A stretch of DNA of 64,000 bases from Nitrospirales bacterium (GCA_965203295.1 CBDBCZ010000019.1:1408001-1472000), one strand, 5' to 3'. Counted from the stretch's first letter, positions 1-10,631 are shown. The notes: generated by a model from the sequence alone, not told the origin. Program-made: numbers and translations.

Positions 1-440
1 ACGATCGCTAAGCACACCGGTATGGTTGCGTTGGCTGACGATACTGTTTTGGAAGTTCATGCCTTAAACGGAAGGCCGGGTGTGTACGCGGCTCGCTATG
101 CGGGGGAACATGCCACGTACGAGGACAATTGGCGAAAATTGCTAAAAGAACTGGATGGCGTGCCTGCTCAACAGCGTACGGCGAGGTTTTTGACTACGGT
201 AGCCATTGCAGATCCGTGTCTGGAGGTTGAAGTGGTTGAAGGGATTTTAGAGGGCAGGATTGCCGAAGATCCATCTGGCGAAGGAGGATTCGGCTATGAC
301 CCTGTATTTGAAGTTCCCGAATTACGGAAAACACTGGCCGAACTGACCCTTGACGAAAAAAATCAAATCAGTCATCGTTCACAAGCCTTAGCCAAAGCTA
401 AAGAAGTTCTCGAACGTAAATATATTCTTCAGGAAAACGT

Positions 441-450
<10 letters not shown>
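1..450 (+). CDS. rdgB: Non-canonical purine NTP pyrophosphatase (RdgB/HAM1), 5'-truncated by window edge
   Basis: Frame open from base 1; motifs [32 protein letters not shown]. Confidence 0.95.
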
Positions 451-517
<67 letters not shown>

Positions 518-574
518 GTTTTTCTCCATCTCTTTCTTCGCTGTCGTGAAGATGATGGTCTTCCATACCTTACC

Positions 575-651
575 GCGCCCGTAGCTCAGTTGGATAGAGC
601 ATCAGCTTTCTAAGCTGAGGGTCGTAGGTTCGATTCCTACCGGGCGCGCCA
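575..651 (+). tRNA. tRNA-Arg(UCU)
   Basis: GCGCCCG/CGGGCGC acceptor stem, anticodon stem TCAGC/GCTGA with loop TTTCTAA, GGTTCGATTCC, 3' CCA. Confidence 0.97.
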
Positions 652-691
652 CTCTTTCAAGGGCTTAGCAGGTCGATGCTCTGATCAGCGC

Positions 692-720
692 TTGACTAAG
701 ATCTGGATTAGATGTATTAT
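692..720 (+). promoter_or_regulatory. Putative sigma70 promoter for the small ORF at 768
   Basis: TTGACT-N17-TATTAT. Confidence 0.5.
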
Positions 721-767
721 CATATTACTTTACTACACAATTGCTTTGCGATGGAGGAGTTGGAAAA

Positions 768-938
768 ATGGGAATTTATTACGGATTGATGGAAGAAATT
801 CAGAAATTGGCTACATGGTTGGATGATGTGGGTGAGTTAGACCGTATGGTTCAGAAGGCTCAAGGCAAGGATAAAAAGGAAAATCAAAAACCTATTGCGG
901 AGTCTCCTGTTTCAAATCTTCAGCGTGAAGGTAAGTAA
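768..938 (+). CDS. Small hypothetical protein (56 aa)
   Basis: GGAGGAG RBS before ATG 768, upstream promoter-like motif; no recognisable domain. Confidence 0.5.
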   Translation: MGIYYGLMEEIQKLATWLDDVGELDRMVQKAQGKDKKENQKPIAESPVSNLQREGK

Positions 939-1680
939 AATTTAAAGTGCTTATCTCATGATATTTTATTATGAAATAGGCACCTGGCGGAATAGGTTTC
1001 CAATTAAAAGTCTTTCCTTCCTGTGTATTCTCAAAAATTCCCCTTCTAGCCCTGGATAAAATAATCTCCTTAGGTGTTCCATCTTGATGAGTGGTATATG
1101 CTGCTACCACCCCTCTATACATTAAGTTTTTGCCAGGAATCTCGGTTGGTATTTTAGTCACTGCATCCAACCAAACCAGTATTTTGTTTTGTGGAACTCC
1201 AGGTAGTTTTCCCCGCCCCATAAATTGGTAAAGAGCATCGCTTTTATAGCCAAATAACCACGGGAATTTTACATCTAATTCATGACTCCACACAAAAAAC
1301 CTCAATAGGTGCCCAGCAAACAATGCTAAAGCCAGAACACCAATATAGTAACCAGCAATATATCCTGTATTCTCATAGAGCGTATTGACAAAAGTAGGAA
1401 TACTTTCATCTGGGCCAAATTGTGTAGTTAGTAACCGAAAGACATGCTCGAACCTGAGGCTGTAATTAAAAATCCCTTTGTGTTGCAAAGGTTCAAAGAC
1501 AAGAAAAAGTATGCCTATGTGAATTGGCAATGAAAAAAAGATAGCCTTCACAATATCATCTGTCCAATTCCTGGGAAGTACTTGTCTGGTAAATAGACCA
1601 GAGTAATAACTGCTCAGGAAAATATATCCAGGAAAAGCCAAAAGGAGAATGATTAGTGTGGTAAAAGCGAAATTAGGCAT
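892..1680 (-). CDS. Hypothetical membrane protein (DUF6338-like N-terminus), AT-rich
   Basis: Long ORF; likely start MPNFAF...LLLAFPGYIF; about three hydrophobic segments followed by a soluble C-domain. Confidence 0.7.
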   Translation of the reverse strand: MPNFAFTTLIILLLAFPGYIFLSSYYSGLFTRQVLPRNWTDDIVKAIFFSLPIHIGILFLVFEPLQHKGIFNYSLRFEHVFRLLTTQFGPDESIPTFVNTLYENTGYIAGYYIGVLALALFAGHLLRFFVWSHELDVKFPWLFGYKSDALYQFMGRGKLPGVPQNKILVWLDAVTKIPTEIPGKNLMYRGVVAAYTTHQDGTPKEIILSRARRGIFENTQEGKTFNWKPIPPGAYFIIKYHEISTLNFTYLHAEDLKQETPQ

Positions 1681-1893
1681 TTTATGGTCATCACTATTTT
1701 CGGCTATCATCCAATTGCATGACCCCAATGTCAACGGCACAATTTTTTATTGGGATTCTTATCGTGCTCCCCTCAGAGTGGAATCCATCCTTAAGCATGG
1801 TCCAATAGCGGACCAAGGAGGTGGACATGGCAGACAAGACTCCAGATTCTATCCAACGGTGTACTACAGTCCTCCTTTCTGTGGAGAAAGCTT

Positions 1894-2286
1894 ATGACCC
1901 ATAATCCTGAATTTTTAAAGCTAGTAGAGGCGGCAAGAGCAAAGATTCGGGAATGCTCTGTGCATGATGCCCAGCATCGTCTGAATCAAGGAGAGCAATT
2001 GTATTTTATTGATGTTCGAGAGGACCATGAAGTCGCCAATGGATTTGCCAAGGGAGCTATTCACCTTGGTCGTGGAATCCTCGAGCGGGACATTGAAACG
2101 ACTATTCCTGATAAAAATTCGGAGATTGTTCTGTATTGTGGGGGTGGCTATCGTTCAGCGCTTGCGGCTGCCAATCTTAAGGAAATGGGATATGTCCATG
2201 TTTGTTCTATGGAGTGAGGCATAAAGGCTTGGCGACAAGTTGGATTACCTTTAGAGGGAGAAACTGAGTCTCCCTCTAAAGGATAG
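1894..2286 (+). pseudogene. Rhodanese-like sulfurtransferase truncated by in-frame TGA (2215-2217)
   Basis: IDVRE, YCGGGYRSALAA; reads SME*GIKAWRQVGLP, matching the rhodanese GG.xAW motif across the stop. Confidence 0.85.
2248..2282. terminator. Perfect 14-bp inverted repeat; possible bidirectional terminator between convergent genes
   Basis: CCTTTAGAGGGAGA-aactgag-TCTCCCTCTAAAGG. Confidence 0.5.
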
Positions 2287-2394
2287 AATGTATCGAGAAC
2301 TACTCTTGAGAGTTTCTGGAAGTCTTTAAGGATCAAGATTGAGAAATAGCCTGTGCCGCGAATGTATCGGGTCTAGAATAGGGCAACTTCCTAA

Positions 2395-2970
2395 CTATTT
2401 ATAACGGCGATCGAATTCTTTAACGACTTCCTTGGTGATGTCCAGCCCTTTCTTGTTGTAAAGCACGATTCGAAGAGTGGCGTCACTCCCCTTGTCCAGG
2501 ACAAGGGCGAATCCATACTTTTTAGCCACTGCCTTAGTCGCCGTCTGGATTTTTTTCATATATTCCATCACCATCTCTTTTTGCTTTTGGCCAAGTTCTT
2601 GTTGAAATTCCTGTCCCTTCCGTTGATAGTCTTGAAGTTTTTTCCGAAACGCGGTTTTCTTAGATTGTTTTTCTGTCTCACTAAGAGTCGAGCCGTCTTT
2701 AAGCTCAACCTCTAAGGCTTTGATTTCGTCTTCGTCCCTTTGAAGGAGTTTTTGACGAACGCTTGCATGTTCTTTTAAGGTTGAAAGAACCCGCTTTCCT
2801 GCGCGTGACTTTTCAATAACTTCTTGAGGATCAACGATGCCGACTTTGAAAGAAGTCGCCGCCTCTGCTGTCGCGAAGAGGGGAAGACTGCTGAGTGCCG
2901 TCATGCTCAACATGACGAGAAGTTTGGTGATGACAGTTAGGCGTTTTAAAGGAAAAGTAGTGTATTCCAT
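2395..2970 (-). CDS. skp: OmpH/Skp periplasmic chaperone
   Basis: Signal peptide, KVGIVD.QEVIEKS..GK, coiled coil, DITKEVVK C-terminus. Confidence 0.9.
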   Translation of the reverse strand: MEYTTFPLKRLTVITKLLVMLSMTALSSLPLFATAEAATSFKVGIVDPQEVIEKSRAGKRVLSTLKEHASVRQKLLQRDEDEIKALEVELKDGSTLSETEKQSKKTAFRKKLQDYQRKGQEFQQELGQKQKEMVMEYMKKIQTATKAVAKKYGFALVLDKGSDATLRIVLYNKKGLDITKEVVKEFDRRYK

Positions 2971-3282
2971 TACAATCTGTCTCCCTAAGAAATGTGAAAT
3001 ATCATCAAAATTTCAAAAAAGTTAATTCACGAAGTGACGCCCTATATTATCCTAGCTGATACGATGGGCATAAGTGAAGGAGGGTAATTACCATAGTTAT
3101 GCAGTGTCAAGAGCTATCGGTGAATTTGATTAGGTGAATGTCCTATGAGAGTTAGAATACAAGACGAACGCAAGAAGATACAATTTGGATCAGATGCCTC
3201 GTCTTGATTGCTAAACATTCGAATTACTCTTCCCAATAATGATACATACAAGAGGTTGTTTCCAAATTCGGAGTCATATGTG

Positions 3283-3936
3283 ATGACGATCAAGGATGCC
3301 CCGCGTATTATCTGTTTCGGCGACAGCTTGACGGTGGGTTATCAATCTGGGATATTCGGAGGACAACCACTTGATGACGCGCCGTATGGACGATTCCTGC
3401 AGCAATGGATGGGCTCTAAAGGATGTGTGGTCGTCAGTGGTATGTGTGGAGAACTGGCCACCGAAATGACGGATCGATTTCAACGAGATGTCCTTGATCA
3501 GCAACCGTTGTTGACGATCATTCTGGGTGGAACCAACGATTTGGGGTATGGCTTGGAGCCTGCAGCCATCGTAAATAGTTTATGTACGATGTACAGCCGA
3601 GCTCAAATGGCCGGAATCCATGTGGTCGGAGTAACGGTTCCATCTATTCGAATTGAAACTGCTCAGAGTTCCTTCTCAGACGACGAAAGTTGTGAAACAA
3701 CTCCGGCTTGGCTCAAAAAGTTGGTTGATCAGCGAAAGGTGTTAAACCATGAAATTCAGCGATCCTGCGCTTCACTTCACATACCATGTGTCGATTTGTT
3801 TGCGGAAACAGTTGAAGGGCCGGATCAACTGTTAGCGGAAAAATTTTCGAGCGATGGGTTGCACTTAAATACTCAGGGATATGAACATTTCGCGAGATTG
3901 GTCTGGAATCAGGTCCTTGCTTTCCAGTTTACGTAA
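3283..3936 (+). CDS. SGNH/GDSL hydrolase
   Basis: FGDSLT, LGGTNDL, DGLHLN motifs; start uncertain. Confidence 0.9.
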   Translation: MTIKDAPRIICFGDSLTVGYQSGIFGGQPLDDAPYGRFLQQWMGSKGCVVVSGMCGELATEMTDRFQRDVLDQQPLLTIILGGTNDLGYGLEPAAIVNSLCTMYSRAQMAGIHVVGVTVPSIRIETAQSSFSDDESCETTPAWLKKLVDQRKVLNHEIQRSCASLHIPCVDLFAETVEGPDQLLAEKFSSDGLHLNTQGYEHFARLVWNQVLAFQFT

Positions 3937-4084
3937 AAAAAGAGCGTGAAGCTTATCAGCCATAGATTAAGCAACTGTGCGCTAACGGGGAATTGTTTTG
4001 CCAGTTACTCGCCATGCTTATCAAATGTCTGTCCTTCGTTGAGTCGAAGCATTGAAGAAATGATTAGAAACAAACGGTCCTCTG

Positions 4085-4492
4085 CTAGGAATTTGAAGAG
4101 GTTGTTGAACTTGAGGGTTTTGACGAGCTTGGAGAAGAACTCGTGGTAGACGACGATGATGAAGACGACGAAGCCTCACTTTTAGAAGGTGTGGTGGAAC
4201 TCGTCACTCCTTCACTCGATGGTGCTGAAGCTTCAGTACTGGCCACCTCTTTCTTTTCTTTTTTTTTCTCCGTATCTGTTCCGTCGGCTAAACCTTTCTT
4301 GGGATCTTTGAGTTTGTCTGAGTAATCAGTCACATACCATCCTGTGCCTTTGAACACAATTCCTGGGACAGAAATCAGTTTTCGTACCAATTCTCCACAT
4401 TTGTCACATTCGGTGACGGGAGGATCGGAAAATTTCTGTTTGACCTCAAATTGGTTCCCACAAGAATCACAGGCATATTCGTATATTGGCAC
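4085..4492 (-). CDS. FmdB-family zinc-ribbon protein with Ser-rich tail
   Basis: PIYEYAC..CG...C..CG, FKGTGWYVTDY; GGAGG RBS before GTG 4492. Confidence 0.92.
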   Translation of the reverse strand: MPIYEYACDSCGNQFEVKQKFSDPPVTECDKCGELVRKLISVPGIVFKGTGWYVTDYSDKLKDPKKGLADGTDTEKKKEKKEVASTEASAPSSEGVTSSTTPSKSEASSSSSSSSTTSSSPSSSKPSSSTTSSNS

Positions 4493-4575
4493 GGTCAACC
4501 TCCACGCTTGATGAAAAAAATTCCCTCTCTATTCATAACACGGAAAATGCAAATGTCAAGTTGAAAGAAACATTC

Positions 4576-5769
4576 TTAGGAAAGAGGGTGGAGAGCCGCT
4601 TCTAGACGATCCAGGCCCCGCTGAGTCGCCTCTAGGGTTGGAGTGTAGGAAAATCGCAAGTGGAAATCGCTCCCAAATGGTTCTCCAGGGACGCAAGCAA
4701 TTTGAGCTTCTTGTAAGAGATAGGAGGCAAGGTCGGAAGGTGTGGAGATGATTCCAGTGGGGTGTTGACGCCCCAATAAACCACTCACATTCGGAAAGGC
4801 ATAAAAGGCTCCAGCAGGTAACGGGCAGTGGACACCAGGGATGGTGTTCAATCGTTCCACGGTGATCTTTCGTTGAGGTCGAAGATCATCCAGGAGTTGC
4901 GAAAAAAAATCAGTTCCCCCTTGCAAAGCTACCAGCGCTGCTTTTTGTGAAATGGATGTGGGGTTTGAGGTGCTTTGGCTCTGAATATTGGTCATGGCGC
5001 TGATGAGTTCTTGCGATCCAGCGGCATAGCCGATTCGCCACCCTGTCATGGCAAACGCTTTTGAAACGCCATTAACGATCACCGTGTGCTGAGAGACTTC
5101 AGGAGAGAAGGAGGCAATACTGACGTGTTCATGATCGTCGTAAAGGAGTTTTTCATAGATCTCATCAGAGATAATCGTTAGCCCATGGCGGAGAGCCACC
5201 TCGGCAATTCCCTCAAGGTTGTTCCGAGAATAAATAGCGCCAGTGGGATTGCATGGACTGTTGAGAATGATGGCTTTCGTCCGAGTAGTAATACAGGCTT
5301 CTAAGAGCTGTAGATCAATCGCATAGTTGGTGGAATCTTCGGTTTTCAGGAAAACTGGGGAAGCGTCGGCTAGGCGAACTTGATCAGGGTAGGAGACCCA
5401 GTAAGGGGAGGGGATGATGACCTCATCTCCAGATTCAAATAATGCTTGGGCAATATTGTAGAGGGTATGTTTGGCTCCGCATGAAATGAGGATTTGAGAC
5501 CTTTCGTATTGAACGCCCTGATCCCTTTTCAATTTTTCAATAACTGCTTCCTTTAGTTCATCGATACCGGACACGGCGGTATATTTGGTGAATCCCTCTC
5601 TGATGGCTTCCTCGGCCGCATTGTTCACAAACTCGGGGTTTCCACAGGCGGGTTCTCCCGCAGAGAAATCAATGACATCGACTCCTTGGCTTATCATCGC
5701 TTTTGCCTTCGCTGAAATTTTAAGCGTAGGAGAAGGCAGGATTTTAGAAGTCCGAGCGGCTAGTTTCAT
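4576..5769 (-). CDS. aspC: PLP-dependent class I aminotransferase (aspartate aminotransferase-like)
   Basis: NSPCNPTG, SDEIY, SKAFAMTGWRIG. Confidence 0.9.
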   Translation of the reverse strand: MKLAARTSKILPSPTLKISAKAKAMISQGVDVIDFSAGEPACGNPEFVNNAAEEAIREGFTKYTAVSGIDELKEAVIEKLKRDQGVQYERSQILISCGAKHTLYNIAQALFESGDEVIIPSPYWVSYPDQVRLADASPVFLKTEDSTNYAIDLQLLEACITTRTKAIILNSPCNPTGAIYSRNNLEGIAEVALRHGLTIISDEIYEKLLYDDHEHVSIASFSPEVSQHTVIVNGVSKAFAMTGWRIGYAAGSQELISAMTNIQSQSTSNPTSISQKAALVALQGGTDFFSQLLDDLRPQRKITVERLNTIPGVHCPLPAGAFYAFPNVSGLLGRQHPTGIISTPSDLASYLLQEAQIACVPGEPFGSDFHLRFSYTPTLEATQRGLDRLEAALHPLS

Positions 5770-6254
5770 GATGGCGCTTGAGCAAATCGAGTTCGCAGAC
5801 GTTTAGCGACGTCCGCATGGACAAATTGCTCTAGCGGACCTCCCAATGAAGCGAGTTCTTTGATGATACTAGAGGTAAGGTAGGAATATTCTTCACTTGG
5901 CACGAGAAAGACCGTTTCAAGGTCTTCCGCCAATTTTCGGTTAAGCAGGGCCATCTGGAATTCATGCTCATAATCGGAGACCGCACGGATGCCTCGAATG
6001 ATCGCATGTGCTCCTCTTTGGCGTACGTAGTCCACCAGGAGGCCATCAAACGTGTCCACTTCCACTCTTGCGATATTTTTCGTGGCAATCTTCGCCAACT
6101 CTAAACGTTCTTTGATATCGAGCATAGGGTGTTTTCGTGGATTCGGTGCGACGGCGACGATAAGGTGATCAAAAATCCGAAGACTGCGCTGAATAATATC
6201 GGTGTGCCCGTGCGTGATGGGATCAAACGTACCTGAGTAGATAGCTAGGCACAT
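5766..6254 (-). CDS. coaD: Phosphopantetheine adenylyltransferase
   Basis: GTFDPITHGH, IIRGIRAVSDYEHEFQMA, SSIIKE. Confidence 0.96.
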   Translation of the reverse strand: MCLAIYSGTFDPITHGHTDIIQRSLRIFDHLIVAVAPNPRKHPMLDIKERLELAKIATKNIARVEVDTFDGLLVDYVRQRGAHAIIRGIRAVSDYEHEFQMALLNRKLAEDLETVFLVPSEEYSYLTSSIIKELASLGGPLEQFVHADVAKRLRTRFAQAPS

Positions 6255-6829
6255 GAGGCAAATCTACCTGATTCGGAAGTCTTGAAGACTGTGAGAATCG
6301 TATCACCATACCGATATTGCCGCATTTGGGTGAGTTGGCCTACCTGTGCTGGGATCGGGATGTGTTTGCTATGTTCGAGAATGACCAAAGTTTTGGCCGA
6401 TATCTTTGTGCTGTCTCCTAATAAGGCTAGGAGCTGTTCGGCTATGGATTCCTCGTAAGGAGGATCGGCGAAGACAATATCAAACGGAGGAAGCGTCTGT
6501 CCTCCCATTGACTCTTGAAGGTACGCATCCGCCGAATAGGGAATGATAGACGCGTGTGGAGTCAGCCCGCAATGGGTAAGATTTTCCTCGATCAGGGCCC
6601 TGGATGCAGAATGTGATTCTACAAAGACAACCAGTTGTGCCCCTCGGCTCAATGCCTCGATTCCGACAGCGCCTGTTCCGGCATACAGATCTAAAAAGCG
6701 AGCTTCCCTCAGGCGCTCTCCAATGATCGAAAACAGGGCTTCGCGGACCCGCTCAGAAGTAGGATGAAGGTGTACTCCACGTGGTTCTTTGAGTCGCCGC
6801 CCTTTGTATTCTCCCGCTATGATTCGCAC
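6245..6829 (-). CDS. rsmD: 16S rRNA m2G966 methyltransferase
   Basis: RIIAGEYKGR, LDLYAGTGAVGIEALSRG, DPPY; RBS AGGAGG before GTG 6829. Confidence 0.94.
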   Translation of the reverse strand: MRIIAGEYKGRRLKEPRGVHLHPTSERVREALFSIIGERLREARFLDLYAGTGAVGIEALSRGAQLVVFVESHSASRALIEENLTHCGLTPHASIIPYSADAYLQESMGGQTLPPFDIVFADPPYEESIAEQLLALLGDSTKISAKTLVILEHSKHIPIPAQVGQLTQMRQYRYGDTILTVFKTSESGRFASCA

Positions 6830-6908
6830 AACCCCCTCCTTCTTGTCACAAACGAACTTATCACACTGGGAAAAATCTGAGCAAGGCAAGTCACTTAGCA
6901 GTGTAATT

Positions 6909-6937
6909 TTGACACATTTTTAGGCCTCCGCTATAGT
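6909..6937 (+). promoter_or_regulatory. sigma70 promoter upstream of radC
   Basis: TTGACA-N17-TATAGT. Confidence 0.65.
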
Positions 6938-7027
6938 GCATTCCACCTACAATAAACCTAGTAATGATTACAGATTAGTTTTGAGGCTCTCGGTGATCTC
7001 ATTCATCAAGTCGGGCCGGGTCATGGA

Positions 7028-7752
7028 GTGATGGGTAAACGAGCAACAAAGGGCATTGCCCGCTGGCCTGAAGCAGAACGACCCCGTGAACGACTCCTTC
7101 GTGAAGGTCCTCGGAGTCTTTCGGATGCGCAATTGCTTGCCATATTGCTACATGTGGGACGCCAAGATTCCTCTGCTGTGGAAGTGGCCATGGATCTCCT
7201 TCAAAAGCTTGAAGGGCTTCAAAGCTTATCGAATCGAAGCCTGGAAGAGCTCTGTGGGATATCAGGGATTGGCCCGGCGAAAGCAGCTCAAATCCTAGCT
7301 GGTATTGAATTGGGCAAACGAGTTCTTTCGGCACCCTTGACCACTGGCACTCGTATTCGGGGAAGTCGAGACCTTTTTGAACATTACTTTCCCTTGCTCT
7401 GCGATTTGCGTCATGAAGTATTTTGGGCTGTCTTGCTGGACGCCAAACATTGCATTATTCGGGACTTCACGGTATCAGAAGGAAGCTTGACAACTAATAT
7501 TGTACATCCTCGAGAAGTCTTTAATTTAGCTGTTCGGGAATCGGCCGCAGCGATTATTTTTTGCACAATCACCCGAGTGGAGATCCCCAACCAAGCGAGG
7601 AAGATCATGCCCTCACGTCTCGTCTCGTGAGCGCAGGAGAAATTCTTGGGATCCGCGTCGTGGACCATCTGGTTATTGGTGATCAATCCTATGTGAGTTT
7701 TGCTGACAAGGGATGGATGGACGCAACCAAATCCCTAGATTCCTCTGCGTAG
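7028..7752 (+). pseudogene. radC: RadC/JAB-domain protein, frameshifted at the T-run near 7557-7562
   Basis: RPRERL, GIGPAKA, VHPREVF in one frame; HNHPSGD...PSEED and DHLVIG continue in another frame. Confidence 0.9.
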
Positions 7753-7983
7753 GCGAAAATTTACTCTGAGTTCATGCTTTGACCCTTTTGGGATATCAGC
7801 TGGGGCCTGGTTGATTCATCCGCAGTTTCACGCAGTGTTCTCTTGGTTAGTAGCTTTTCTTTAAGACTTCGTGATACAAATATGCGTGATCTTGTTTAAG
7901 TTTTTTATTCGTAAATGGCTGTGTTTGCAGGGATTTCCTCTGACCCGTGGCGAGCAAAGCCCTTAAACTAAAGAAGAGAGTCA

Positions 7984-8277
7984 ATGAAGATCAGCAAAAA
8001 AGAAGTCGAACATGTGGGGAATCTATCGAGATTGCACTTGAGTGAGGCTGAAACGGACGCTTTTACTCATCAACTCAGTACGATATTATCGTACATGGAA
8101 ACTCTGAAAAAAGTGGAAACCCGAGGAATCGGGCCGACCTCAACAGTGGTTGCGCAAACCAATGTTTTTCGGGAAGATACTCCTGAACTGTCTTTACCCC
8201 AAGAAAGGGCAATTGCCAATGCGCCTGAAGCTGTGGACGGTTACTTTCAGGTCCCCAAAATCATGACCGATCGGTAA
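7984..8277 (+). CDS. gatC: Asp/Glu-tRNA amidotransferase subunit C
   Basis: EVEHVGNLSRL, NVFRED, NAP...GYFQVPK. Confidence 0.95.
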   Translation: MKISKKEVEHVGNLSRLHLSEAETDAFTHQLSTILSYMETLKKVETRGIGPTSTVVAQTNVFREDTPELSLPQERAIANAPEAVDGYFQVPKIMTDR

Positions 8278-8293
8278 CGGAGGGGGTACCGAA

Positions 8294-8650
8294 ATGTTTC
8301 GCCAATTGCTGAGAGCTAAAATTCATCGAGCCACAGTGACAGAGTCCTGCCTTGAATATGAAGGGAGCCTCACGGTCGATGAAGATCTTTTGGATGCCGC
8401 AGGGATTATTCCTTATGAACTTATTATGGTGTCGAATCTCAACAATGGGGAACGGTTTACCACCTATGCCATGGCAGGAAAACGCGGCCAAGGGGAGGTC
8501 ATTTTAAACGGCCCCACTGCTCGCAAGGGCGTGGTTGGAGATGAAATTATTATTTTTTGTTATGAATATTATGCGAAAGAAGAAGCCAAACATCATCGCC
8601 CCAAAGTCATTCAAGTGAACGATCACAACCAGATTGTAGATGTTACCTGA
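8294..8650 (+). CDS. panD: Aspartate 1-decarboxylase
   Basis: KIHRATVT, YEG/SLT cleavage site, NGERFTTY, LNGPTAR. Confidence 0.95.
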   Translation: MFRQLLRAKIHRATVTESCLEYEGSLTVDEDLLDAAGIIPYELIMVSNLNNGERFTTYAMAGKRGQGEVILNGPTARKGVVGDEIIIFCYEYYAKEEAKHHRPKVIQVNDHNQIVDVT

Positions 8651-8738
8651 AGATTTCATCCAGGAATGGTTCCACGACTTCTGACTATTGCCCTCTCAAC
8701 GGTATTGACTGAAGGTTGGAGGGTGTTCCGTATATCAC

Positions 8739-10208
8739 ATGTCGCTTTTTAAACTCACACTCAAAGAACTCCAATATCGCTTTACCCAAGGAGAGGTACG
8801 GGCCATTGAAATCATGCGTTCCTATTTTCTGCGGATCAGTCAAGTGGAACCCAAGGTCAAGGCGTATATCACGCTTTCGGATAGGGAGACCTTATTTGCG
8901 AAGGCAGAAGCGTTGGATCAAGAATTAAAAGGATGGCGAAAAACCATGCCACTGATGGCTATGCCTCTTGCCATCAAAGATAATATTTGCACTGATGGAG
9001 TCCCAACAACCTGTGGTTCAAGAATGCTTGGAACATTCAATCCGCCTTATGACGCCACCGTGATGCAAGCGTTGCATCGGAATCGGTTTTTTTTGCTAGG
9101 CAAAACCAATTTGGATGAGTATGGCATGGGGTCCTCGACAGAACACTCTGCCTTTGGATCGAGTCGGAATCCTTGGAATCTGAGTTATGTTCCCGGTGGG
9201 TCGAGTGGAGGATCGGCGGCGGCTGTGGCAGCTGATGAATGTGTTGCGGCGTTGGGTTCAGATACTGGTGGTTCAATTCGGCAACCCGCTTCCTGTTGTG
9301 GTGTGGTTGGGTTAAAACCGACGTATGGGCGGGTATCTCGGTATGGGTTGGTGGCATTTGCGTCATCTCTTGACCAAATTGGTCCGATCACAAAAGATGT
9401 CACCGATTGCGCTATTCTACTCAATGTGCTGGCAGGGCATGATCCCCTTGATTCGACTTCCGCTGATGTTCCGGTACCCGACTATACCCGGATCTTGAAA
9501 AAAAAGGATGTCAAAAGACTGAAATTAGGGGTTCCTCAGGAATTCTTTGCCGAGGGATTGGATCCAGAAGTCGAACAGGCCGTTCGAGAAGCTATTGAGG
9601 TGTTAAGGGAGTTAGGGGGGGATATTCGAGAAGTGTCTTTACCCCGGACCGATCTGGCCATTGCAACGTATTACGTCATTGCGACCGCAGAGGCCAGTTC
9701 CAATTTAGCTCGATATGATGGGGTAAAGTACGGACTGCGATCTAAACAGAAAAAAGATCTCGCTGAAATGTATGTCATGACGAGGCAGGAAGGATTTGGG
9801 GTTGAGGTCAAACGTCGCATCATGTTAGGAACCTATGTGCTGAGCAGCGGATATTATGATGCCTACTATGGGAAGGCTCAGAGTGTTCGGACGTTGATCC
9901 GGCAAGACTTTGATGAAGTGTTTCAAGATGTTGATTTATTGGTGACTCCGGTGATGCCAACTCCAGCATTTCCGCTTGGAGAAAAAATAGAAGATCCCCT
10001 TCAAATGTACCTTTCGGATATCTATACCATTTCAGCAAGCTTAGCTAGAGTACCAGCTATTTCTATTCCTTGTGGATTTAGTGCAAAGGGCCTTCCCATT
10101 GGGTTGCAAATCCTAGGAAGACCGTTTGAAGAAGAGACCGTTCTTCGTGCCGCTCGTGCCTATGAGTTAGCGACGGGATGGCGAAAGAAACGGCCGGGAA
10201 TTCGATAA
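8739..10208 (+). CDS. gatA: Asp/Glu-tRNA amidotransferase subunit A
   Basis: Amidase signature [30 protein letters not shown]. Confidence 0.97.
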   Translation: MSLFKLTLKELQYRFTQGEVRAIEIMRSYFLRISQVEPKVKAYITLSDRETLFAKAEALDQELKGWRKTMPLMAMPLAIKDNICTDGVPTTCGSRMLGTFNPPYDATVMQALHRNRFFLLGKTNLDEYGMGSSTEHSAFGSSRNPWNLSYVPGGSSGGSAAAVAADECVAALGSDTGGSIRQPASCCGVVGLKPTYGRVSRYGLVAFASSLDQIGPITKDVTDCAILLNVLAGHDPLDSTSADVPVPDYTRILKKKDVKRLKLGVPQEFFAEGLDPEVEQAVREAIEVLRELGGDIREVSLPRTDLAIATYYVIATAEASSNLARYDGVKYGLRSKQKKDLAEMYVMTRQEGFGVEVKRRIMLGTYVLSSGYYDAYYGKAQSVRTLIRQDFDEVFQDVDLLVTPVMPTPAFPLGEKIEDPLQMYLSDIYTISASLARVPAISIPCGFSAKGLPIGLQILGRPFEEETVLRAARAYELATGWRKKRPGIR

Positions 10209-10229
10209 GCAATGGGAGGCTCGTGGTCC

Positions 10230-10610
10230 ATGATTGAATTGGCGGCAGTCATTGCAGCAGTGGCATTCTTAGTGCTGGTGGGGTATCTGATCCCAACCAT
10301 TCTTCAATTGAAACGCACAGTGGGACAATCAGAACGGTTGTTAGCCAAATTGAACCATGAATTGCCGTTTCTGTTGAAAGAGGTGAAGGGCAGCACGGAA
10401 AATGTGCATGCCATGACCTCTCAAGCGCGCCAAGGGGTCGAACAGGCATCAGTCTTATTCAATGCAGTCGGAGAAGTCGTAAAAACAGTCAATCAAGTTC
10501 ATGGAACGATTCGTGGAAGAGGAGCTGCCTTTGTGATAGGGCTAACCAAAGTTTTGGCTGGCGTCAGGGCCGCCTCGTCAACTGTCAAACAACGCGTGCA
10601 TAAAGATTAA
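10230..10610 (+). CDS. DUF948-family membrane-anchored protein
   Basis: N-terminal TM followed by coiled coil; paired with a YtxH gene as is usual for the family. Confidence 0.75.
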   Translation: MIELAAVIAAVAFLVLVGYLIPTILQLKRTVGQSERLLAKLNHELPFLLKEVKGSTENVHAMTSQARQGVEQASVLFNAVGEVVKTVNQVHGTIRGRGAAFVIGLTKVLAGVRAASSTVKQRVHKD

Positions 10611-10631
10611 AGAAAAAAGGAGGAAGCGGAC

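Noticed and set aside
2215..2282. Selenocysteine in rhodanese (TGA followed by a hairpin)
   Set aside because: The TGA is at a Gly position of the GG..AW motif and the catalytic Cys is a normal TGT. The hairpin starts ~30 nt downstream and fits a terminator better than a SECIS.
575..2400. Intact integrative element or prophage at tRNA-Arg
   Set aside because: No integrase, no phage genes and no repeat of the tRNA 3' end found by eye.
4085..4325. Low-complexity repeats and the acidic ORF 4143-4325
   Set aside because: Explained by the Ser/Thr-rich tail of the FmdB-family protein on the opposite strand.
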